Below are positions 27,318-39,612 of a DNA stretch of 64,000 nt, one piece after another; positions within the stretch are counted from its first letter, which is position 1; each line of letters opens with the position of its first letter. The stretch is taken from positions 248,001 to 312,000 of the forward strand of contig NW_019029018.1 in the NCBI RefSeq assembly GCF_002105155.1. The letters run 5' to 3'. The notes beneath the pieces were generated by a model that searched no databases, was not told the origin of the DNA, and saw nothing but the letters and a program-made list of their open reading frames with translations. A program made the position numbers and the translations under genes. This stretch comes from Lobosporangium transversale. Lineage: Eukaryota.

Positions 27318-30300
27318 CCTAAAAAGAGTCTTTCACCATATCAAGACATATCATACCACACCATGCCAAAAGACATATTCGTATACGAAAAAGAAACTCC
27401 CACTTTTTTGAGAAGCATATTGACAGGAGTAAAATGAGTCGGTTGTGAAGATTACTTTGGCATTTTGAGTAAATAGAACACAGGGTCACTTCAAGCGGCT
27501 ATTGTCTATAGCAGTGCGAGTTCCGAACGCAAGGTAGAACACTTTAGAACTCTTTATGCTTTTATTCCAGCGTAATAGCTCTTACGTATGCATTTGATAA
27601 GGGTCAAGTAATAATGCGAAACAGGTTAAAAAGAAAATAAAAAAATAAAAAAGCGATCGTATTAGCTTTCAAGCACTAGAGAGGCTATGCTTAAAAGAAA
27701 ATAATAGTAATAATAATAGTAAACTCACCAAGTTTTTTGTAATCTCCAATGGAGAAAGTCTGATTACTTCTTGTTTGGCGACTGTTCGGTGCTTACTGGT
27801 TCTCCAAGTCTGTCCTGATTTAACCGTATTAGCAGAATTGGTTAGCATCCCTTGAACAGCTGCCGTCCAGAGAGGCTACTTAGAATGGACAGGATTCACT
27901 ATGCACCAAATAGACTCACATGGTACAGACGATACCTTAGAGTATATAAGATATCGTCTATTCAGATATAAAGACCTCTCTTTGTCCTATTGAACTTCAG
28001 CTCCATAATACATAGTAAGTTATATTAATTAGGATAAAACATTGCAAGCACATAGAGTAAATGTCATTTTATATTAAAGCGTGGGGGTGTAATGGTTCAA
28101 CAACCTTTGGCAAAATCGACAGTGAGACACATAGTAAAAAAGGTGAATTCCGATATGATTTTGACTTCAATTTTTGGAGAATCCAATAAGCAATCAACCT
28201 AAGATGGTCACAAATTGCAATACGCGTTTGTCCTCACGTGAGCTTCAACCTCGGACCGGTGAACTGGTGGCGAGACTGAAACAATTTATTATCATGGTGA
28301 TATAAAACGTCATCCTTGCTTCGCGCATACAACTTTTTATTTTCTTTCCTCTATCACAACTTCAAAACTTTGAACCATCCTGCTACTACAATTAAATCCT
28401 TTAATATTCCTATCTAATATCCCTATTCTCTGCTCTCTGTCCATTTTCCTTTGTTTTAACAAGTTTCGAGATCACAATGGGAAACAGCGAAACATCATCA
28501 CTACTTCCAAATACTCAAAATAAACCGTATGGAAAGAAAGAAGAAAGAAAAGGAGAAGCGAACGAAGGGTCTTCAAGCACTAATGAGCCCAAAATCCCCA
28601 AGCCAACCAAGCATGAGCCCAAAATCCCCGAGCCAGCCAAGCCAACAATACATTGCATTGCTGAGAGGAAAGCAAGATCTTTTGCCGTAAATATCTCTCC
28701 CGGTTGTTCAGATAAGTTGGACGTGATGACCAGCCGAACGGCATCTGTTATTGGCAAGCAGGCGCCGCAAGGTATGTATTTAGCTCTTGGTGAACTGATG
28801 ATTATGTTTTCAACTGATGAAACTTATTCCTGTCCCAACACGGTCATGTGGTATCTCCTCTCTTTTTTATGTTGTTGAGATGTATCTCGGCTTAACTATT
28901 TAACTGGGGCGACTTTGGATTTCTTCTCTATAAAAGAATTTAAAAAGTCTCCCCCATGGCCGTACACATCCTCAGACTCCCACTGCTATTTTTTTCGTCC
29001 TTTCACAGCGTTGTTTTTTTTTTTTTTTTTTTTTTTGTTCGTGGTTCGGGTTCATTTACGTCCATCAGCTGTAGGTGCTGGTTTGATCAAATGATTATTA
29101 GAATTTTCAATTCGCGAATTGCACTCTCGACGGACTGGTTGTTGATATTTTCAGTTGATGAAGCATGTGGCAACATGATCATTGGATAGTGTATTACATC
29201 GTCATAGCTTTTATCAAAGCCCCATATCTAACTATCCTCTTGTTTATTATTCTATGGATATTAAACAGCCCCGAGATGCCCAAAAAGGGACCTAGAAGAC
29301 GTAGGAGACGAGAGTTCAAGAGGTGAGTTGATCACTCCGACTATATCTATGGTTTGATAATTCTTGAGGATGCTCGTTTATTACATACTCACGCCATCCC
29401 ACTATTCTTATATACTCAAAGAGCGCTATTCGAAACGCCGTCGCCCCTCGATACCCAAAGGACCGTTGTATACTTTAGCCAATGGGGAGACAGTATATTT
29501 GCCCAAGCTCATGACAGACATGCTCAATAGTACCTGGTGCCAGCCGAAAAGTCGCTTGAGCTTCTCATCACTGAAGAATGTTAGGGTTGGCGATCAAGTT
29601 GAGACAGAAAGACTTGTTCAACGCCCAACAACGCTTCCTAGATCTCAATAAGGATATCTTGACTGCAAAAGAGCTCTCCACCATGGCAAATTGTGGGAGT
29701 GTGGAAGCTATTGCCGAGTACATATTAGGAGACTTACTCCAACAACAAGGGAAAAAGACTCTCTTCATTGTCGATGAGCATGGTGCTTTGTTTCCCGACA
29801 ACGTACCTTCAGCAACAAGTAGGCTTCCTGTCCTGCGTTCTCTGGGTTGCTTCAGCACTTGGACGAGTGGTGTAAATAGTGGAGTGTGTGTTGTGTTCAC
29901 GAGCACTGCAAAGTTTGAAAGGTCCGTCCTCAGGAATCCAGATTATGTCGTTGATGTCGGGCCTTTGTCGCAAGACACGTTCGAAAAACTGTTTAAAATT
30001 GCCATTGCTCGTTTCACTTTGACAACCCAAAGGACTCTCGACAGTCGTAAGGACGCTGTTATTAAGGTCACCAACCGAGTACCAGGTGATTTGACCAGCT
30101 TGGATCAGTTAATACAAGGACGACATCTCATAGTGGAGCAGATCGACCGCGGTTTAGAAGTATACGACAAAGAACACTACGATCTGTATTCCAAAAACGC
30201 AGGGGATTACTTCAACAAGCTCGAAGGACTCGTGAGGGAGCAAACTATTGAAGCGCTGATAAAAGTGCTCTTACCTGGGCTCCAGGGCCCACAACAAGGA

Positions 30301-30337
30301 ATTTTTGAATGGGAATTCCTTGATTTAGGGTTGGTTT
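27318..30337 (+). repeat. Direct segmental duplicate of 56298-59573
   Basis: Near-identical from cctaaaaagagtc onward (offset 28980 at the start), with scattered substitutions and a 251-bp deletion at 29628/29629. Confidence 0.97.
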
Positions 30338-30372
30338 GTCCAGAGACTCATACCGATACCATTTTTGGTTAG
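28477..30372 (+). pseudogene. Crinkler-like NTPase pseudogene (Walker A deleted, frameshifted, 3' truncated)
   Basis: Same exons as the 57458 gene but lacks the equivalent of 58614-58864, which encodes GPKGVGKS; diverges from it after LDLGLV. Confidence 0.9.
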
Positions 30373-30459
30373 TCCGTTATCAATTACAAAAGGTTTATTA
30401 AGTAGTAGACTTATAATTGACAAAGACCTCTCTAAAAGAGAGATCGGTATGAGCCTCTA
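30341..30459. mobile_element. Short TIR element (MITE-like) at the duplication breakpoint
   Basis: agagactcataccgat (30342) and atcggtatgagcctct (ends 30458) are inverted at 15/16 positions; TSD not clear. Confidence 0.5.
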
Positions 30460-30720
30460 GTTTATACAGTACCATTATGGAGTCCGAACAGTCGCCTTTA
30501 TTCATGGAAATCAGGAGCTATCAAATATTGATTATGAAAAACTTGATGAAGCTGGACCAGGTTTTGCAAAACCAAGTCCTGAAAATCCAATTCAGTAAGG
30601 GGTAAGATGATGTGGTAAATGATATATAGACATAAAGAATTGCAAGTAACGAGTGATAAACTAGGATTGCGCTCTTCCTGAACACCTAATGGATTTCGCC
30701 TCAAAAACAAACAGCTTCTA

Positions 30721-31885
30721 CAGTCTTCATCCAACAAGCCGTAAATTTTTTACGGATTTGTGGATTTTCAATAAATATATCAAACTTTATTTCTTCTCAT
30801 TCATTCATTTTCACTCATTCTGATTCACTTCATGTCATTCAGTAAATCGCGATATTCGTTAAATAGCTCCAATTGCCTTTGAGCTGCAACCCAGCGTTTC
30901 AATAGCAGAGGGTCATCGATTTTGCCCCAAGCATCCATAAATCGCTGAAAGTTTTCTTGTAGCTCCATTTATCGTCGGACTGGATGGAGGTGACTCGAGC
31001 TCGTCTGATAGCCCTTGGGGATCTGAGTCAAGAACACTGGATTCGTAGTCAACACCATCTTCGTCATCGTCTAGATTATCGTCCTCGTAGACAATATCAT
31101 CTTCATTGTATGGGACGAAGCGATGCTTGTGCTTTTCAGATGTCGTTATCATCTTAACAGCGTCGAGGATCGACTCTGTAGGCCCTTCACAGTAGTTCAT
31201 AGTGAGGTAATTGAGGACCCCGATATCCTTTTGCTTGGTGATTTCTGCCATTCCTCGCAAGCGGTTATCAGTCACATTGAGATCTATTAAAACACACAAG
31301 GTAAAATGGTTTTTTTCTTTTTCCTTTTCCTTTTTTTCTCTCTAGAATGATAGAGATGCCGCCTTACCGAGGTCTCTTTCAGCAGCGAACCACTCCAGCA
31401 AAGCATTTTCCGCGGGTTCCATGTTTCGATCGAACTTGCGTTTGACTGCATGACTAGCTAGGAGGGGTAGCGAATTCACGTCTTGAATATACTCATTTTT
31501 TCGACGTTAAATGTCTATTGCCGTCGAAGGGCTCATGCCAAACCTGCTCCAATGGAAGAAACAGAGACTTTGAACCCTTTTGCTCGTAGTTCATCGACGG
31601 CTTCAATGAATTTCACTTTGTCGGCTAAGGAATAAGACTTGTGCAGCCTGTGCTTCTTGAGTGCATGTCTCGATCGAGAAGACTGGTTTCTAGGCTTTGT
31701 TGGGTTCATTTTTCGAAGCATAAGGATGGATGTGGGAAGTGAATGTGAAAAAAAAAAAGTGGTTACGCAAGAACATCGTATAAAAAAAAAAAAAAAAAAA
31801 GTTTGATATATTTATTGAATTGATATGAATAGAAGTGAAAATCCACAAATCCGTAAAAAATTTACAGCTTGTTGGATGAAGACTG
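30721..31885 (-). mobile_element. Non-autonomous pogo/Tigger-like DNA transposon
   Basis: About 50-bp TIRs starting CAGTCTTCATCCAACAAG with TA on both sides. Internal fragments KSYSLADKVKFIE and ENALLEWF (CENP-B/Tc5-type HTH regions) plus an acidic tail; no DDD domain visible. Confidence 0.9.
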
Positions 31886-32230
31886 TACTAATCAACAGGA
31901 GGAGATCAGCATGGAGCTGTAATGTTACTGCATGTGTTCATGGGTAAAGTGTGACAAATTCCCAAATAAAATCTGACTTTTAATTTTGTTTGCACAGATT
32001 CCTTTCATTCCATGCACAGCATGCTCTTCCTAATGAAATAAAAGAGCCCTACTATGAATGCTTCCAAGCATATGAGATTAGGTTTGTGGTGTGGAATTAA
32101 AATAAAACCTTCAAGAACACAGCAGTTTAAAATATAAAAAGGTCTTCATTATGTTACTCTGCTTGATTAACTCTCGCTTCCTCCTCACTTTGCTTTATTG
32201 TCTGCAAATTCACAAAGTATATACTTAAAA

Positions 32231-32643
32231 ATGGCCATCAAGACTTACTCCATCTATCCCTCTGACAAATACAATCGCCCACCTCCGCCTTCAACTATTG
32301 TACTCCATGGCTTGGATCTTCTCAATCCTCCTGCAATAATCCAAAACCATCGGTTCTTTCCCCCTTCTACCGCTTCTTTTTCCGATGTAATCGAGAAACT
32401 GACATCCTCTCTTGCTGAAGCACTCGAGTTATATCCGCCAGTCACAGGAACGGTTCATACCGATGAAGAAAAGGATGAGATCTACATCGCACTGGATTCT
32501 GCAAATATCCAGGGTACACCTTTTCTGGTTGAAACGAAAGATACTCCGTTTGCTGGCGATACGAATGATATAGCTCCTCGAAATGACCAGATTCTTCCTC
32601 CATTTGCAAGTATACTTGCTGTGAAAGCAACTCAGGTAATACA

Positions 32644-32674
<31 letters not shown>

Positions 32675-33729
32675 TTATACTCTTCATTTTACATTCAATG
32701 TCATCCTGTTACTCAACCCTTCAGCACGTTAATTATTTCTGTGGAAAATAGTTTTCATGCGGAACCATTGCGGTAGCCTCCTCCATAAATCATCAAGTAG
32801 CTGATCTACGAGGCTTTCTCGATTTCCTTGAACTCTGGGCTCAACTTGCCAGAGGCGAACCCATCGATTTTAAAGAGATTCCGAATGATTGGTCTCGTAA
32901 TCCTAGTCGATTTTTCCCTAAACTGAGCGAGGGATCAACAGAATCAGTACTTCCACCCCCTTCCCTGTTTAAAGTTGTTCCTGCTCAGGAAGCCTCATTA
33001 CCTGCATATTTCTTTCAATCACCATTTGTTTCACGCTGGAGATTCAACAAAACCTCATTGGAACAATTGAAGAGCGATTTCTCACCTCCTTCGGATGATT
33101 TGTGGATCTCGACTGGTGATGCTCTGACTGCTATTCTAACTGGCGCAATCACGCGTGCTCGCGAAAAGACAAATGCGAAAAGATTAGGAGGAAGGTCTAG
33201 CTCCGAGTCCCAGATCGAGTATTTGGCGATGGCAGCTAATGGTCGAGAAAGAGCTCCACAAAGGAACATGTCTAAACAATACTTTGGAAACTTCAATACC
33301 TTTGGGGATATTACCATTCCTCGCTCCGACCTACTCTCTCCGACCTGTGAGGCAGCTTCTCGTATAGCTCTAGCCCTTCGAACTGCTTTGAATATTCAAC
33401 ATTCACCAGAAGGCATTGCCAACAAGCTTTCTTTTCTCGAAAATCCCAAAAACACAAAACTTCCCAATCGCATTGTTTGGCCATCAGACATGATCTTATC
33501 AAACTGGTGCCAATTTGATCTGAACGGCCCCAAGTTAGATTTTGGGTGGGGAAAACCTTTTGATACAACAGCTGGTAGTGGTGGGTTCTATCCACCTGGA
33601 TACAGCAACTTGATACAGGAGAAGGATTCAGGGGATATTTTTGCTTTGTTGTCAGTGGAAATAGCAGGTGCGGATGTGTTGAAAGCTGACCCATTGTTGA
33701 ACAAGTATGCAACGATGCTCCCAGCTTAA
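32231..33729 (+). CDS. BAHD-family (Transferase/TRI101-like) CoA-dependent acyltransferase, 460 aa, 2 exons
   Basis: join(32231-32635,32752-33729); LAEALELYPPVTG N-terminal motif, catalytic HxxxD (HQVAD), C-terminal DFGWG; TATAAAA upstream at ~32133. Confidence 0.93.
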
Positions 33730-34853
33730 TGCTTATCGATATCATAATAAAATAGCATACTTCCACATATTGTGTATAATAAAAGCTCTTCTTTTTACTG
33801 ACCCCAGTAGCCAGGTGCCAGTCCTTGCAGAAGGCCCAAGGAGCCTAAGAATATCCGCTACCTCAGCTCAAAGAACCAGAAAAAGGGGGAAATGAAGCTT
33901 CTAGCGTTGTGAGAGAGTCTAACCTTACAAAGCTAAAAAGGAATACAAAACGGCTTCCCGTACCATTTTTTGACCTTGAAAAGTCGGAAACCCATATAGA
34001 TGGACAATAACTAGTTCAGTCGAGAGATAGAGAACAGATTAATGGAGGTATCTAAAATGCGCGATATGGAGGCATAGGTGAAACAGAGACAGCCCGCTCT
34101 GACGAAGAACCAAACCCATGCTTAAAATAAATTTGCAAACTATCATTTGCGCTATAGTCGACTAGAAAAATGTCGCGTTCTCATCTTTGGTAGGATCAAT
34201 AGCTAACATTTCTATTCCGTCTTTTAGGATCCATCTATATAGACTCGATTCTGAATATACTTGACACAAATAAGGCTCCTGTCGTCACTGATCTCATTAA
34301 TGCGTATGGTTCTTTCAGCTTGCTCCCTAATCGATACAACGCTTTATATTTATTTTTTTATTTCAAGTTGGGTAAAATATTAAGCAAAACCCCTTTTTAC
34401 TAAATAACTAAATTACATGAGCAACATATCCGTGTCTTATGGTAATAGAGAAGAGATTCAGATGCCTTCTTCTATAATCCAACTAAAGGTCCTCATTCTT
34501 GTCTGGGTACTTTTCAAGTTCTCTGTCAAATTTATTATCAGATTTGGTTTTACATAAAATGGAGTTGATCTCTCTATGGACCTGGGCTAAACCCCCCCCC
34601 AAAAAAAAATCACAGCTTGATTTGAATAGAACCATAAAAGGTATGACCAGCACAGTGGGTAATTTTTTTTTTTTTTTTTTTTTTTTTTTTGTATATTTTC
34701 ATCGAAAATATAAATGGGAAGGATCGAATATTAATGATGTTTAGCTAAGAAATCAGAGTTGTCGTGCTTTTTTTTAAAAATCGGTTTTCTTTTTTGCCAC
34801 TTGTTTCAGAGTTCTAATATATTACCTTTTTTGCATGAAGTCAGGCTTTTTTT

Positions 34854-35108
34854 TTAAGACTTGCAATGATCCTGGCCATCCGGATTATAGACGCAGCCTT
34901 TCTTACAACTTACAACTGACTGGGCCACACTGCCATAGACACCATCACATTTGTAGACGGTGTAGGGCTCGCATCCACTGAGCAAAGGAGACCGACCGCA
35001 ATGGTGTTTTCTACTTATAGTAGTCATGCAGATGCAGGCGGCATCACTGGAAGACATAAAAAAGAGAGCAACCAAGGTGATAGTAAGGAAGAGCTGAAAG
35101 GCCTTCAT
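34854..35108 (-). CDS. Small secreted 8-Cys protein, copy 2, 84 aa
   Basis: MKAFQLFLTITLVALFFMSSSDA + ACICMTTISRKHHCG...DHCKS; start set by alignment with paralogues. Confidence 0.9.
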   Translation of the reverse strand: MKAFQLFLTITLVALFFMSSSDAACICMTTISRKHHCGRSPLLSGCEPYTVYKCDGVYGSVAQSVVSCKKGCVYNPDGQDHCKS

Positions 35109-35733
35109 TTCCTGTGGCAGATAAGAGAAGTCAGAAGTGGAGCAGATGCTTGTAAGGCTTTTGGATAAGTTGAGAATGCAAATCAATAATTTGGTCTTCA
35201 ACTTTTTTATAGTGGAAGAAAAAAAAAAGAGCTTGAATTGATACACTCCTCAGCTCATGTGCCAACAATGCGGTTTATGCACCAGCTGAAGACTCTTTTT
35301 TCACAAAGTGAAGCTTGATTGGCGTTCGTTAGGGCGCATGCATAACAGTAGATTGATCAAGTCATTGAAATTAACTTTTCGGGAAATAAAATCCAATGCC
35401 CACAAGCAAAGAAACACTTTTTACTGCTTTTGGGACGATAATATGTTAAGAGCTATTGGGTTCGCTATAAACATTAGCAGGGAAGAAACACACATATGGG
35501 GCTGAACTCATTTTGGACTTGGGTCGAAACCCTAAATGTGTCGTGGTTTGCTAGAGCAATGAAAATATGGATAGTACGGCGCATTTTTTTTTTATCTTCA
35601 TTGAAAACAAGAAAAAAAAAAGGTGATTGTAAGAAACCAAAGTGCCATTTATTTCAGAGCTCTAACATTTCGAAAAGCTCGCAATTGGCTTTTAGCTTAG
35701 AAGACTGCGACATAAGCTTTTTTTTTTTTTTTT

Positions 35734-35985
35734 TTAAGGCCTGCAATGATCCCAGCCGCCCGGGTTATAGACGCAACCTTCCTTGCAATATAAAACTTTT
35801 TGGGCCTTGCTACCATAGACGCCATCGCAGCTGTACACGATAGAGGGATTGCATCCACTGAGTAATGGAGACCAACCGCAATGCGTTTGATCCTTGGTAT
35901 TGTTGCAAATGCAGGCGGCATCACTGGAGGACATGAAAAATAGAGCAGCCAAGATGATGGCATGGGAAACCTGGAAGACTTTCAT
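35734..35985 (-). CDS. Small secreted 8-Cys protein, copy 3, 83 aa
   Basis: MKVFQVSHAIILAALFFMSSSDA + ACICNNTKDQTHCG...DHCRP. Confidence 0.9.
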   Translation of the reverse strand: MKVFQVSHAIILAALFFMSSSDAACICNNTKDQTHCGWSPLLSGCNPSIVYSCDGVYGSKAQKVLYCKEGCVYNPGGWDHCRP

Positions 35986-36039
35986 TTCCGTAGAAGGCAA
36001 AAGACGTTCGAAGTGGAGGATGTACTGAGACTTGTGGGT

Positions 36040-36088
36040 AAGTTGAGAATGTCCATCGATAGTTTGGTTTCCAACCTTTTTATAGTGG

Positions 36089-36090
<2 letters not shown>
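36040..36090 (-). promoter_or_regulatory. Conserved core promoter of the 8-Cys family (TATA box plus downstream motif)
   Basis: ccaCTATAAAAAggttggaaaccaaactatcgat...ctcaact; related sequence lies upstream of the copies at 8500, 9848, 35108, 37500 and 45507. Confidence 0.7.
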
Positions 36091-36120
<30 letters not shown>

Positions 36121-37113
36121 GCAGGGGCTTTATCAGTGGGTATAACGAATTATCGTCCTTTTCCCCATCACCTTTTACTATTTTACCATTGGCATTGGCG
36201 GGGCGTCAAAGTAGTAAAAAGATATCGGTAGGAGGGAGAATATATATCCATATGGAGATATATATATATTTATATATGAGACATCCTTAGCAGGTGAATG
36301 GTAGACCGACTTGCTATGCAATTATGCATGCCATTCGGTCACATAATGCTTGGGCGTATTATGCACCTATTGTCGACTCCCTTTTACCATTTTTTTTTTT
36401 TTTTTTTTTTTTTAAGCAGGAGTAGATGACTGGAGGTTTCGCCTATTCTGTGGACTGATTTTCACCCTTAATCGAGTCTTTCTGATGATCAAAGGTTCCA
36501 AGGTTATTTCATACTGGGATTTCGCTGGTGCACAACACTACATAGTTCCCCCGCAGATTGACCACACTAGGAGCCTCCCGATAGTAAGGGTGTTCTGAAA
36601 ATAATGAGAAAAAGATAGATAAATCAATTTGCAGATAACTTTTCGATGCCTCATTGGCGTTGGAAGCTGCAAAGTAGCCTTTAGCTGCGAACAGGCTAGC
36701 TGTGCATGTGAACACTTCAAGGCTAGAGCAGAAATTTGAAAAGGGACTAAAGAGTCTCTATCTTTAGTAAAAAAAAAAAAAAAGAAAAAATATATTGATG
36801 GACTTCCATCCTAAGAAAAATACTATATCCTGTACACCAGCTGAAGACAACTCTTTCATAAAGCAAATCTTGATTGATATTCATTAGTTCCCATACATAG
36901 CAGTAGACTGTTCGAGTCACTGACACATTCTTCCGAATCTGATTTTTTCAAAAAAAGTAGTTTTTTATTGCCTTCACTATAAACAATGACAGGAGGGATC
37001 CACAATGGAGTTAAATGCCCCTTGAGCCTGACCAAAAGCCGAATGCACCAAGTTTGTTTCGAGCAAGTAATGAAGGGTACAGACAATAACGGTGCATGGG
37101 TGCTTTTCATCGG

Positions 37114-37148
<35 letters not shown>

Positions 37149-37248
37149 GTTAACGAGGGTTAAAGTAAATCAGAGTTTGACGCATCTTAAAATCGACGCT
37201 TATTTAGGAGCTCATATATCTCGAATATTACTTTTTGCAACTGCCAGG

Positions 37249-37500
37249 TTAAGCATGTTCCTTGCAATGACCCTTGCCGCCCCTATCAGTGACGCAGCCA
37301 TATCTGCATCTTTTATAAACAGTAGCATAGCCATGGCCATTGCATTGGTAAAGGACATTGGGAAGGCACCCATGGAGCAAATGCGAATTACCGCAGTATA
37401 GTCCAACGACGTGTTGATTGCAGACGCAGACGGCATCACCGGATGAGATCAAAAAGAGAGCAGCCATGGCGATGGCAACAAAGATCTGGTAGAGCTTCAT
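37249..37500 (-). CDS. Small secreted 8-Cys protein, copy 4, 83 aa (His-rich, cationic)
   Basis: MKLYQIFVAIAMAALFLISSGDA + VCVCNQHVVGLYCG...GHCKEHA. Confidence 0.9.
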   Translation of the reverse strand: MKLYQIFVAIAMAALFLISSGDAVCVCNQHVVGLYCGNSHLLHGCLPNVLYQCNGHGYATVYKRCRYGCVTDRGGKGHCKEHA

Positions 37501-39031
37501 TTTTTTGTGGCAGATGAGAGAAGTTGGAGAAGATGTTGTGAATTTTTGGATGACTAGGCTGGTAGTTGGGTTTCAAGCTTTTTTTATAGTGGAGGAGGGA
37601 AGCTACTAAACCATATCAATGCAAGGATGAATCAGAATCAATATTTCAACTTTTAAGATCCTTTGCTACTTTGCTGTCCACAAATGCCAAGTAGTATAAA
37701 GATGATGAGAGAAGGCAAAGTTTCTGTTTTCAGCAGGATAAAGGCAGTCAAACAAAAATGAACGCCAGTCGACAGCACATTATTAATTTATGTATGTATT
37801 ATTGCTTGAACCTAGTACTGCTACGCTTCATGCCAGATCTAGGTTGCTGGTACGCTTCCAATCTATTGGCGGTTCCCCCTCGCCATCAAGAGTCTGAGCT
37901 GGATACAGATTTATACTTGGGAAAGCTCTTTTTGTATGTAATCAGGCCCAAGTTTGACGTCCTGAGGTTTGTAAAAAGTACGCAGCGCGAGCGGACGTAC
38001 ATAATGGAAGGGGAACGCACAGACATCTGAAAATAATTTTTTTAATCGCTGAGGCAAACAAGCTCATCACACACAGACTTTACTAATCAACATGAAAACT
38101 TAGACATTGCTAAAGAGGTCAATGCGGCTATTCGATATAGCATAAAGTAAAAATGAAAAAAAGAAGAGATCAAAGGCAATTACTTCTTTCTTCAATCCCA
38201 GTAACCCATTTTCTGATGACTGCTCGTTGATAATCACTCCTCTTCTTTCAAGATGATATGGAACAATGACTGACTTGCGATGTTGCTTTTGATCTTTTGA
38301 TATGCTTGTCTCTCCATATTTGAGGAAAATCTGATTAGCATCTAGAACGTTCGTTTTCATCCTTTAGCTAGTAATATATAATCGCATATTTGTATCATGC
38401 AGAATATCACATTCTCTCACCAAACAAAAGTCAATGTGCTGGTAACTCAAAATCAGTCATCGATTCTATTGCTCTCGATTCAATCATGTTCTTAGTCAAT
38501 TGCATACGTATTGCTCAAATCTCTCGCTGCTACATATTATACATTATTTATATTAGTACCGGCTCTCACGTCGCTATCAATCAGTATAAATGATCAGCAC
38601 CATCGCACCATCGTAGCAATGCTAGACTCCAGACAATAAACACCCTCTGACTTCCCCCCTAGACTTATCTTCACTTGTTACTATTTACGCAAATGAAGAA
38701 GGCATCACTGATAGTGAATTAATGGTAAGCTATGGTTGTACATGGGAGAAGCATCGCCAAGAGCACACATCCTAGGTTGCTAGGGCACAGCAAGTCTGGC
38801 CAGATTCAGAAAGATCACGTGTGCTTGATTAATTTGTTTTCATCCTTCTCATTCATTGTTCTGTCTGTCAAGCCAAGTCTCTTCGGAGTTCTTAGTTCTT
38901 CTAGGTTCCTAGGACAACAGCAGACCAATGTCCATGGTCTACACCGCGAAGGAACCTTGAAATAAGATTGCGCCACACCAGATATCTTTCTTTCTAATAT
39001 TTGGATCTCAGATGTGAAATTAACTCAACTA

Positions 39032-39221
39032 TAGCCCGTTTCATTTGGTCATGATCTCTTATATTTTTTGAATAGCCTCGAATGTATTGACAGCCAATGA
39101 GTTTGCTTGTTGCAAGTCCGGCGAAATACCACCGACTCAATTCAATGAATGGACAATGTTCGTTGTAGTCTATTCAATCAATTCAAAATTATAAGGTATC
39201 GTGACCAAGTGTAATGGGCTG
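39032..39221. mobile_element. MITE-like element, copy B
   Basis: TIRs tagcccgtttcatttggtcatgatctcttata... and ...tataaggtatcgtgaccaagtgtaatgggctg; homologous to 16044-16229. Confidence 0.75.
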
Positions 39222-39430
39222 TGTCATAATTCAGAATATGGTCTACTGAATGGTCTACGAAGGACGACCTATTCACATTGTCATAGGTACCATGGACGTA
39301 TGTGTGTCACCTTTCTTCATTGAAAATCCGACGAGAAATAAAGAAAAATAAACTAAATAAAAAGATCCCTCTGCCCTGCAACTCTGATCTACATCTACTT
39401 CTCGAGCCAAAAAGGGGTGGTGTGGGTGGG

Positions 39431-39522
39431 ACATACGTCCATGGTACCTATGACAATGTGAATAGGTCGTCCTTCGTAGACCATTCAGTAGACCATTGTC
39501 TACGGTACCATGTCCGTATGTG
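39431..39522. repeat. Internal complementary region (ICR) of DIRS-A
   Basis: First part is the reverse complement of 39238-39303 and second part the reverse complement of ~43517-43547; they join at gtagACCATtgtctac. Confidence 0.95.
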
Positions 39523-39612
39523 GCTCCAGAGGGATCGCCAAAGAGAACTAAACTAAAACAAAACTAAAACTAAAAGAAAACTGAACGAAATGAACAACTA
39601 ACTAAAGAAAAT

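Noticed and set aside
38670..38712. Possible eighth 8-Cys family remnant (SDAFFICVNSNK* on the minus strand)
   Set aside because: Match covers only about 25 nt; no signal peptide or further cysteines.
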